This document shows, piece after piece, positions 52,601 to 57,177 of a stretch of DNA of 64,000 nt; position 1 is the stretch's first letter; every line of letters begins with the position of its first letter. A program made the translations under genes and the position numbers. The stretch lies in the IMG/VR virus record IMGVR_UViG_3300037517_002797; one strand, 5' to 3'. The notes below the pieces were generated by a model, which made no database searches, was not told where the DNA came from, and saw only the letters and a list, made by a program, of their open reading frames with translations. The DNA comes from an uncultured virus (IMG/VR IMGVR_UViG_3300037517_002797) (Duplodnaviria; Heunggongvirae; Uroviricota; Caudoviricetes).

Positions 52601-55600
52601 TTGCCTTCTGCACATCGGCAACAACATCTTGTAGATTTGTTGACGTGATTGGTTGAGGTTCTTTACCTGAAACTGCTTCAACATTGCGTGGAGCTTCAGT
52701 GACCTTTGCCTTTTCAGGTATTGGCGCTTCCATCTTTGAAACGTTGTAAGTACGCTCTTCTCCAAGGGCGTGATCAAACGTCACGATGTTTGTTTCACCG
52801 TTCTTTTTGTTTACATATATGTTGCCTGGCTGAACCTGTCGGTTTTTGCCGTTGTAGCTAAAGTTGATGAGGTTTCCTTCTCCACGAGCTTTCTTGATGG
52901 AGTTTTTCTTTTCCTCTAACGTTGAACCTGCAAGATCGGACACACCGCCAGATGGATCTGCGTAGCGGCGGTACTTCTGCATTCTGTTGCCGCTTCGCAC
53001 AGCTCCAGTCTCGCGGAAACCGTCTTTTGTTGCGTCGTACACAGCGTCTTCGCTGAACCAGTACGTGCTGTCGCCGTCTGTCATCTCGTATTGTGTAGGA
53101 CCAGTTACGAGTTTTTCGTGTGTGATGCCTTCAACGGCCTTCTTCATTGCTTCTACGTCAAACGGAGCCCTTGCTCCAGTAGGCGCTTCAGGCTCTTCTG
53201 GCGTAACTTCTTCCTTAGGCATATTCTTTTCGCGAATTGCCTGTGCATTTGGCATGTCAGCTTTAACAGCCTCGGCTGCCTTGGCAAGTGTGTCAGTTGT
53301 TGCGACACGCTTGTTGTCACCTTCACCGATAAATATGCCTTTACGCCATACATCAAACTTGCTGTTTCCGTCGCTGTCAATGCTCTCAGTAATGCTGTGG
53401 TCTGAACCGTACTCGTCTGCTGGTGGAATGTGCGTCCACTCGTTTGGCTCTCCAAATTTTGTACCAGCGACTCGGGTTTCCCAGCCTTCAGGCGCAGTGC
53501 CTGGCTCTGTAGTCGCTGGCATAGGAGTGACTGGTCGCTCGAGTTCTTTTGTGGGTGCGCTGATTGCTTTCTTAGTTGCTGGTGTTTCAACTGTCACTGG
53601 CGCAGTTGGCTTGCCATCAGATTCCATCTTTGCAGAATCCATGATGTAGTCAGTGGCGTTGTAGTCGCCGTCGGTTGCTTTGTCAATTGCGTTACGGAGG
53701 TTGTCCTCTGTGCCCGACATCTTGACAGTGCCGTCGTCCATAAGCTTGGCTGTAACGCCTGGAGCAAACTCTTGTGTCCAAGCATCGAGGCCTTCTTGAT
53801 CTACTGGGCCGTCTTCTGTTTGCCAGTTGAGGCGAACAGATTGTGTTGGTGCGGCAACACCGCCTGGCTCACGGCGAGGTTCATCTGGAGATGCAGGTGC
53901 TAGTGCTTTTCCAGGTGGAGTTGTTGGCGGCTTTCCAGGTCCAGAAGCTGATGGAACAACTGCGGTTCCTCGCTTGTTTTTTGCAAAAGAAACGTCTGAT
54001 GTTTCTGATTTAACTACCTTTGCGTCTGTCCTAGGGTTGCCGTCAAGGTCGTCGTAAAACTCTGCAGTGCCGTCTTTTTTATAGATGTCTGAGACAGCGT
54101 CTCCACCATGAATTGCTGCAATCTTTCCATCTGACTCTTTTATCTCAAGAAGCTTCATTCCTGGCGTTGGATCAGCTTTATAGACGCCACTTTCAAGTTT
54201 GTCATCTACACTTGATGATTCATCGCCCATCTTTTCATGAGGACTTAGTCGTGGAATAAAGACACCGCGATCAAAGAACCATGGATCGTCTTTTGTTTTT
54301 ACACCGCTGACAGTTGATTCTCTGTCGCCAAGCCAACCGTCTCCACCACGGCCCCATCTCGCAATGCGACCGTCCTCGTGACGAAGGTACACTGAACCTG
54401 GATCTAATGCAGTTCCGCGAGCACCACTAGTTCCAGGCGTACGTGTTCTAAAGACAGTGTCAATCTTTCCAGACTCAAGCGCTTCGCGCACTGACTCTGG
54501 CATATCTTTTTCAATGTCTGGAGCGATTGCGCGTGCAACCTCAAACATGTCACGTGATTTTTCTGGGCTAAGCTTAAATGCAGATACAGTTGTAGCTTTT
54601 TCATCTGCTAAACGCTTGTTCTCTGCATCAACTAGTTTTTGAACAGAGTCAGGAACTACTGCAGGTGGGCGGTCGCCTGGAGCTTTCTTATCAAATGCTG
54701 ACTTAAACTTATCTTCACCGATGTCTTCTTGAACAACATCAACACCCCAGCCACCCTTGCTGAGTGCCTTCTGACCTTCAGGAGAATTTAAGTACGTTTG
54801 ATAGCTGTCCTGGTCCATAAGCGCCGCGCTCTCTGCACGGTCCCAGCCATCAATGTTATTGGCAATCATCTGGTTTCCAACTGCACGGCGCAGTGTTCCA
54901 CGATTTACACCAGAAAAATCTGCCTCGCCTTTATCATTTGCAGGGACATCAAGACGGTAGCCGTCAGCTGTTGTAAACGAAACCATCTTTGGATCGCTAC
55001 TTTGAACTTTCTTCCAAGCTGAAGGAGAGTCCATGCGCTTAAGCGCATTTGAGTCAATTGAATACTTTCGTTGCTCAGGATCAACTTCAACGTCGCGGTC
55101 GGGCAGACCTTTTAGCGCACTCTTTTTAAGAGTGGCTTTTGCTGCAATACCGCGGGAAGCAGGAACTGCGTACACTCCGTTTGGTACATATTTGTTGTCA
55201 CGAACTTCAACTTCAACGTCGTCAACACCTGACTGACCGACAACCTTTCCAGTTACTCCCCGATGTGAACCATCTGGAAAGCGAACACTGAAGTTCCAGC
55301 TTCCACCTTGAAATGCAAATCGTCCTTTACGGTCACGGCGCTGCAAACGTGCGCGAGCAGAACGCGCAGCACGTGAGTTGCCGCCAAGGCCAAGGCCGAG
55401 TACAGCGATGATTGGTTCAAGATCAACAGCAGCTGTGATTGGAACAAGACCTGGTCCCATAGCAGCAAGACGTGCAAATGCATGCCTGCGTTCAATCGAG
55501 CCTGGTTCAAGTGAGTGTGCTGAAGCTACAAGAGCACGAGCAGCTTCGCTGTTAATGTGCGTGTCTGCAGCAATCCATTGTGCACGAGCGTGGCGAAGTG

Positions 55601-55931
55601 CGGCCTCGTCCATCTTGTGAAACTTTGTTGAAAGCGGGTGACCGATAGAAAGAAGATCAGAGTTTTGCAGTGATGCGGTCGTAATTTTGTTTCTTGAGGC
55701 AAGTGAAACGAACGCAGAGACTGCACGCAGTGCTCCATAGATACGAGCGTCTGCAGATCCAGTCGTGTTCTTACGAATTTCGCGCTCTGCTACTGTAAGT
55801 GCAGCACCGAACGAAACTTGTCGCTCTGGAAGAATGTTCTCGTTGGATTTTTCAACGAGACTCTGTACCTTATAGTAAAGACTGAGTTGCTGGATCTTAC
55901 TAAGTTCTCTGCGCTTTTTTTCGTTTGACAT
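37656..55931 (-). CDS. Giant polyvalent protein (6091 aa): 4 WYL-like, KTSC, ART, PI3/4-kinase/HipA-like kinase, DEDDh exonuclease, UvrD helicase, 2 Nudix, VIP2-like ART, further domains
   Basis: Single uninterrupted ORF; motifs FDYESTG/HRADAD, ALAGTGKT/DEAQD/YVAVTRA, LPGG..E......RE..EE.G, YR...FSSTS...ELE. Confidence 0.85.
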   Translation of the reverse strand: MSNEKKRRELSKIQQLSLYYKVQSLVEKSNENILPERQVSFGAALTVAEREIRKNTTGSADARIYGALRAVSAFVSLASRNKITTASLQNSDLLSIGHPLSTKFHKMDEAALRHARAQWIAADTHINSEAARALVASAHSLEPGSIERRHAFARLAAMGPGLVPITAAVDLEPIIAVLGLGLGGNSRAARSARARLQRRDRKGRFAFQGGSWNFSVRFPDGSHRGVTGKVVGQSGVDDVEVEVRDNKYVPNGVYAVPASRGIAAKATLKKSALKGLPDRDVEVDPEQRKYSIDSNALKRMDSPSAWKKVQSSDPKMVSFTTADGYRLDVPANDKGEADFSGVNRGTLRRAVGNQMIANNIDGWDRAESAALMDQDSYQTYLNSPEGQKALSKGGWGVDVVQEDIGEDKFKSAFDKKAPGDRPPAVVPDSVQKLVDAENKRLADEKATTVSAFKLSPEKSRDMFEVARAIAPDIEKDMPESVREALESGKIDTVFRTRTPGTSGARGTALDPGSVYLRHEDGRIARWGRGGDGWLGDRESTVSGVKTKDDPWFFDRGVFIPRLSPHEKMGDESSSVDDKLESGVYKADPTPGMKLLEIKESDGKIAAIHGGDAVSDIYKKDGTAEFYDDLDGNPRTDAKVVKSETSDVSFAKNKRGTAVVPSASGPGKPPTTPPGKALAPASPDEPRREPGGVAAPTQSVRLNWQTEDGPVDQEGLDAWTQEFAPGVTAKLMDDGTVKMSGTEDNLRNAIDKATDGDYNATDYIMDSAKMESDGKPTAPVTVETPATKKAISAPTKELERPVTPMPATTEPGTAPEGWETRVAGTKFGEPNEWTHIPPADEYGSDHSITESIDSDGNSKFDVWRKGIFIGEGDNKRVATTDTLAKAAEAVKADMPNAQAIREKNMPKEEVTPEEPEAPTGARAPFDVEAMKKAVEGITHEKLVTGPTQYEMTDGDSTYWFSEDAVYDATKDGFRETGAVRSGNRMQKYRRYADPSGGVSDLAGSTLEEKKNSIKKARGEGNLINFSYNGKNRQVQPGNIYVNKKNGETNIVTFDHALGEERTYNVSKMEAPIPEKAKVTEAPRNVEAVSGKEPQPITSTNLQDVVADVQKAIDGQYPISFKYSGKNRVFTPERIYKNPKTGTTNVVGFSQTDGEDRTFIVDKMTPSDVAPAPVQAPAAIRDVIDLNPKEVNKIADIKKFVQDAIDNDQKLRFTYSGKDRVVTPKSVWQNGQTGRTNLKATDSDGTSKNFAWDKIVAPSEAPGITSMPPKDTFFEDEKFKDFLDERFGKDERSVEREARRQEKLKRQRERFREQLDDPDNWTFVPFGIPPVGGEWRYSGPMPDFDEYPELRSDYTSAIYDPPYDIYKLGPDGKRIIDPKLVEPPYDIYKLGPDGKRIIDPSLGEPLPWTNLPDEEYRIGPDGRLIPGEPPKWTNLPDGDFRIGPDGRLIPGEPPKIQLLRDESQPTLFAEPPEISPEIQRLVDAANDMRNTPTADLPAIIEKSIEEKKDVAFDFNDKLRVVTPEQIIENKAGKKQLKGFSKTDGEDRTFTIDKINKPAPDTNVKVDDIVNMPQDELDRLVDAAWPGGAQQPSAPEGQQTFRRIKTSASSSVEEMSFDPATGELLIKFKSRDGKGGGTYLYPNVNPADVDAIGKAESIGSAVGKFVKGRAFEKLNGKQEADWLASKIAAPVMPTIDGNPIEDYLGEEARTMRPLPDARPEVTDTAPSFERQLDLFYDADGSLNEAGKAYNESRAQKQEQAQVLEDEYGISDGQSTELPNGEAGTSFTVDVASEDETLDEVIGRFKEVFPDGDVNIVSPEGEGGGWPVVEFSVPEGSEEEFAKWYNGDADGSENVSGELTGPEDDGTFEGDTDEGEATAFDEEAFDSMFAAPDGAYKPNIFGVYRPKGRTTQESSDYTDDPAVLSRKFNTAQLAMSMTQGLMNADERNGMARLKFDAGMEDVPVEALLEALELTGLDKGVLLSGAYARLAKTPEQKTAANNATKNIQKVVEDTPYGKITSSNAAKINGMLGAPDYTANAVKLVKNHNETNPFIIKLAREIESSEDVDTIETESPEQGAKLIAKYIDWALSDDPEKQEAFRAFWGLQMAADGNDAGGINWDITDFYRGMVEEIARRTGDTFEDAGREVFVKEIVKKYGDYKDFAEGRQRISKGVDDLTADTSTAAMYRLVAESAIPNDVELQRRIYVQTDSKDFTDQTTVGNTIDIDPRSMSSIDQVADETDYGSTPSKEGQAKIIFSFAPGEIDAVRTRNYSWLPGEEEYFGYGTFTIERVEPIRERVYEVVLRRATPAEQAQPAEQVAPEQVAPAPAQASPTVPYYGDISGWKQVGGQSGSNEGGVYEDENGRQFYVKRAKSQSHAENEALASAFYRHFEIPSSEVGLATRDDQKDSEPGTYNPAAGSFGSDRIVTPMIPGTETLQSSRSDEAITSQLHDGFAIDAWLSNYDVIGLVYDNIVVDEQGNTYRIDPGGALKWRAQGKPKDWFGPEVGELDSMRDRDINQSAGSVFGKMTPEQIVESGRKLLNITPSQIDDIVDSVISDPTDREMLKDVLKRRRSNILDQLGIKDTTVDPFAERIPLTDSIGYEAQDLQPGDVIGDDSFVIERIFRDGDTPKNKVSVQGYFPGHESQRKEWNETTIIPAARGGTIPPKGDKPALHRPKAPRKPSPGAFNGKMAELLKDAKTWEEAAAIIRKTPIVFFDYESTGLPGPEKGGKNNPVQIGAIVALDGKVNARFSSYMNPEHELSDWSAKNLKQMDGSPVTEEWLATQPSMKEAHEQFLAFVNENVGGDVILGGQYTPFDLEILNRVLSENGLSLNIVGTIDSKDLAQGTLPKWNSKTKFGASQVSEKDGKRRASNSLGPIADFLQVQLPDWHRADADAEASWEITDAMLDRAIENPDTTPTTLLNVDGAFEAKQKELADYENEYAKYEADLAEYVAAKAIAAAWNCGGSGLTAAVGPANGPCSVPDVEKMVREATPLPIGEIDPEGVEGGSTSKPTSMADTQEIDNPKYDGVDTNDPYKDEPFMPTEEQRAILDAILSGNDVVVEALAGTGKTSTLLIAGKRKKKERPTERGVYIAFNKSAQLEAERKFAEAGLTNIEVVTNDAIAYRWASDEVKKKMQRLKKSNPLAYYKKFAEAFGITEFQGNNDETVSLFEATKFFKEVVNKFMISADDEIGEQHFIAAGWSGDVPNWMMATANNIWSDYQDPNGNAKINNTVVTKMWALSKPDLSKIGSGTKFANNFIFFDEAQDINPVSGKVIGEQPLQVVYVGDNNQAIYAFRGGENQLEKVDRAVQRLPLTKSFRFGENIAKEANKWLQLLGTDLRVIGAGSDPGTVVPTGSMLDTTNAILVRTNGGGFAAIADQLGRGRVVGVTKNYRGDLVSLTDTAEYLITGQNKPSQLHEDLAPFKSWSEVQKAIADELIDSKKLQIFADMVDAEGIPAIREMIDKLKLVKGSGEIRDMSEDDTQADVGDTAPGATGELGKGITYAVSGSYVSLSGNTYGNKDAIKETKRFKYNGVTKTWDAPFTSEADTFDLLNDLSTALGLKKAEPTEVDSGAIDVMITTVHQAKGLEWDYATMWNDFWGPRVDKVTGEVIMPEPTELKIAYVAVTRAKKMVDLGPLNWIDSFVKPEVPAAEEEEVSAPTPEPTTEGEGGGGVEEPPAPTPTPAEGGDNNEQIIKSVKQAVSDAEDILDDYADRSAKDEKNIKKFREAVKDALYAYSGELYVDTEEKFREAAEFLEPYSEVGAGDLQSLMLQAADAADAIRISKTAPKAAEPTAPEAAPAKALDPEWRPDDVAAPQGAMPTGVAEAPDDVLPDADAPKTAQQSAEEKNKAFRSDANKAADLQQKFDEFDEAVELVTGEDTSLMASDRKRVREAAAQVAEIRKALGEGTMSEQEALAQLNAILDKFPHKPADSATSIDNNFFRDMLEGIVEVLTGQYYWRPTGKSLPPLDAVDPSGRPVGYSRDGKTFITPGMRVRDKWGYSGTVEGYNEKDWINVYIRYDIDPRDPASVKKGNWGPGVARKSMNPSTLTVLNPEDDTDPWIDLPTTPASKKLPQDIVDKQKKDWAKLKAARDYEAAARQAELNGEPVPPMPAGLALMKPSADLVRESKKTKANISSYFDDSYDDQDIDDATNEFSLSKESKIVASDAVIITSDDNGTPMVLMISRLHGPFKGAHALPGGFRDAGESFGAAADREMMEEVGISSDQATSRTFLGEVDANDWDPRAYKGAYVGAVAYEVPRDTPLAAGDDATGARWITIPDIIKGTTPIAFGHATWLAEAFKGTKYEAPLRALVLASKERNARLINQINAIREQKGFPTFDVPTLEVWTPIYPEGGEQSGGDLPKADAPSGAPVSEAPTSKWNDYTISKGDDGVYYAENISSSDVQLLRNGTLTPPNLPFFAPLGGGNDQETGEGYYFASDGKRYWGRFGAEGALVRRKNKDGNYEYFLAKRSSNLSSGGGKWGFPGGAHTNKKMADTPTATAKEEFMEEVGGDISGLSPVFIHSGKPSPDWSYETVVFEVGPGELGDLSPKDGENSEVGWFTADEIMKMGSDGKLHSAFQDSAAVIFSEVEEKQNDNADDEEADAKKEAAIRSAEKSQKKLSTHKRLVEEYKSQGEPAKGFLGAIDVYQDESASVNITASQMVSPDPKDQERAADGFEDEFQLAEYVGIITDITDAINKVDPLSEDTLLYRAVKGYGGVGRAINELNVGDEFVNEGFSSTSLDKDKAMFILNIADENKGLLKMVAPAGTRGIYIDAAKDEKDELEFVLQRGTKFRVVGKGNEKHEYLGNVPVTFVEIVGQDPKPMNLLELGIPNIEPDITSKPEVVPAENKEQGSNETWTLTNISSELPRVIPGIVVTAAQTVVPVDEKGNVQSSYMFKYAGRPIVMIGINGVKVPFYMSTGAGGKKNVDAGKWYPIFGISPVNGWFNKGLTEQAISEYHNSPELRAVAEWLNGQFPDALKRKDLVEVDSEGQGNLEYLFEQVNESMPGTVTGYGGGQEQHQKNIDSVVKQIKTITESSVEVEAKDMYANMDEALRGFDPAFDLFAKSLEDNSSPDDDETRQAGAMFESAKSALTNTLAFYELNNKKESEEYEMLRDFEGDMRRFDDLDYTAFDRVRQLIASYRGILQRSASEDWRSDMAERDKKFIDETARQLFDAIQFYSSRSADVFVDGFNKGKQERLEKSGISPSGRPKVEKSPEKFPLTRSYVDGVPSLSEIVEYAVAKREDDGLLGKSALVDSTDIEDLDVHASTIITPDGERKLRLRFKLTPWAMLAQETKLQDAKALKTSDAGKWSEATPLLKRTQLTDTGDIVVDEEGRGFGRGTEWVYDAEDNNAKASITITSAQKIKGTAQIANSTYDDAPAAFHGQVVIDLPIDATLDDISEAMKTAGVNDVTSASSDDIDIVIENKLLSLFSNENDPANNVSSQALRASMLQKIKEDYGVTVDNVNLVPGKHGRINYVLPEGVAEQIASETGTEVFMHMVSIHHIIKKVNTKYGSEGSGFVKPAGSYFGNPFSGPEKPIIDEVAKTVVNLVTKGLISTVNRFNEGLPYSGMSENQDMATGGADYIYLSPHGYKFNEGHSLIKYDNDVKIWIDPKNVYSRTDLYANRNDKYGQRIIGANSISNSAPGGYETMLKHGIDVIAPGNIVELPPQFYGRVMEMLDDMGISEINGTPIADVIVNSGALKEKGQTKNTKSVEPEVTSAVESVGGNVNALTLGEVQALLLMSGAAHTYGYLPKDSKVIAAGWDAAGTVKKSDRSDVALNNGLTLPRLYVLHPNGAMYALEPEILAQSSGGATVSFMDSDWTNDVLGVITDDSKVHSILPFSGRVSVKDYNEYEEMDPEWLSFSGTAITVAGQKEAGLPVNNKSQNTFESYTKYIESILKATRAGKDNDEKVAMYSGQFSRLFSLFMSDIGDVVDSNGRSLRSVISENLLMIRNKILSLSPDKPLISAGNKRKDSRKLSKVDYDEFMVYKNYISLDDMGKAVIETIDGDTEGVIRPVYYVGVEPTVDENMNVVQTYVMVETDREGVGQYLLDKGTSLVVDPETNEMKFSSNGTQYMIRAPRPSDKKLAQERA
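51573..51860 (-). repeat. Intragenic tandem duplications (2x72 bp and 2x66 bp) encoding GPDG(K/R) repeats
   Basis: CTTGGGTGGTTCCCCTGGAATCAGTCTCCCGTCAGGTCCAATCCTG at 51573 and 51645; CGGGTCAATAATCCGTTTTCCGTCAGG... at 51738 and 51804. Confidence 0.9.
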
Positions 55932-55933
55932 AT

Positions 55934-57163
55934 TTAGCTTTCAACTTGTGGTAGCAGGTCGGCATCTTCACTGTCGTATGTCATTACTGCGAGTTCACGA
56001 GCGCGGTCAAATCCGCTCTCGTTGTTGTCAACTCCACGCTTCCACGCTGCGCGCAGAGCAGGAATTACTTCATAACCAAGACCACTGTATTCTGCAAATT
56101 CTGTAATTGCATGTTCAGTTGTCTCGTATTCGTTCTGTGGGCGAAGCTCGATGTACAGCTCGTCTGCTGCCAGTGCACTGGCAACAATAGATGCCGTGGA
56201 CTTTGGATGTGCTTGTGGAAGCAAGTCATTGTCTTGCTTGTAATTTGGATTTGATGGACGACCTGCGCTAAGCAAATGCAAATACGCATTTACGCGTGCC
56301 ATCGCCCACTGATCACGAGTCTTGCCTGGTCGGTGCGAGCTTGAAAACGCGCCTGCGCCTCGGCGGTACACTGCCTTTAGTTGAGCAAGTGTTGCCTTAC
56401 GACCAGCCTTAGCATCTTTGTTGTGCTCTTTAACTTTGTTCATCAACGCTGTTTCTGTTTTAGCTGAAAACTTAATGCTTCGTCCGCCTGCTGCAGATCC
56501 TTTTGGATTCTTTTTTGATCCTTTGATTCTGTCTTTTTTAGGTGCAGGCTTTGACGCTGCTGCTAAGAATCCAAAATCATCGTAGGCTTCTTCATCGTCT
56601 CCAAAGCTGTCGTCCATGCCATCTTCATAGACATATACTTCAACTTGTTCTTGCTCTGGCATTGCGACTAGCTTTCCACCAGTCTGCATTCCAGTGATTG
56701 CGCGCAACTGCCATGCCCACTTCTTATGCATGTCATCACGTGTTGCTAAGAGATCGCAGATGCCCTGCTGGTTTGCTTCAGACGCGAGTCTAAATGACTC
56801 AAGAATACATTCATTGAGAATGTTGTTTGCCTCAAGAAGGTTAGCGCTCATTAGCACTGGATCATCAACCATGTCGTTGTCGGTGTTTTGAATCTTTGAA
56901 AACGAAGACATTGATGACAACGTTGCTGGCGAGTCGTAGCCAAGCTTAAGAATGCTTTCAGCAATTGGATCAACTGCGCCTTGTGCATCTGCGTAGATTT
57001 CACCAAACAACTCGTGAAACTCAGAAAAGTCCGGCCCTTTAACATTCCAATGAAATCCGATTGCCTTTGTGTAAAAAGCAAATGTCGTACCGAGGCAATG
57101 ACCGAGGCTCATTGCGAGCTTGGCATTGGCTTCTTGCGACTGGTTTGGGTTGTTCATAATCAT
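55934..57163 (-). CDS. dps: Dps/ferritin-like domain fused to a basic helical head-protein domain
   Basis: FHWNVKGPDF..FHELF.E.Y......D.IAE, H.KWAWQL; C-terminal VYRRG.GA...HRPG...QWAMARVN. Confidence 0.8.
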   Translation of the reverse strand: MIMNNPNQSQEANAKLAMSLGHCLGTTFAFYTKAIGFHWNVKGPDFSEFHELFGEIYADAQGAVDPIAESILKLGYDSPATLSSMSSFSKIQNTDNDMVDDPVLMSANLLEANNILNECILESFRLASEANQQGICDLLATRDDMHKKWAWQLRAITGMQTGGKLVAMPEQEQVEVYVYEDGMDDSFGDDEEAYDDFGFLAAASKPAPKKDRIKGSKKNPKGSAAGGRSIKFSAKTETALMNKVKEHNKDAKAGRKATLAQLKAVYRRGAGAFSSSHRPGKTRDQWAMARVNAYLHLLSAGRPSNPNYKQDNDLLPQAHPKSTASIVASALAADELYIELRPQNEYETTEHAITEFAEYSGLGYEVIPALRAAWKRGVDNNESGFDRARELAVMTYDSEDADLLPQVES

Positions 57164-57177
57164 AATGTTCTCTTTTG

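Noticed and set aside
37656..55931. Intein or virion RNA polymerase as the reason for the giant size
   Set aside because: No Hint/LAGLIDADG motifs and no recognisable RNA polymerase catalytic motif seen
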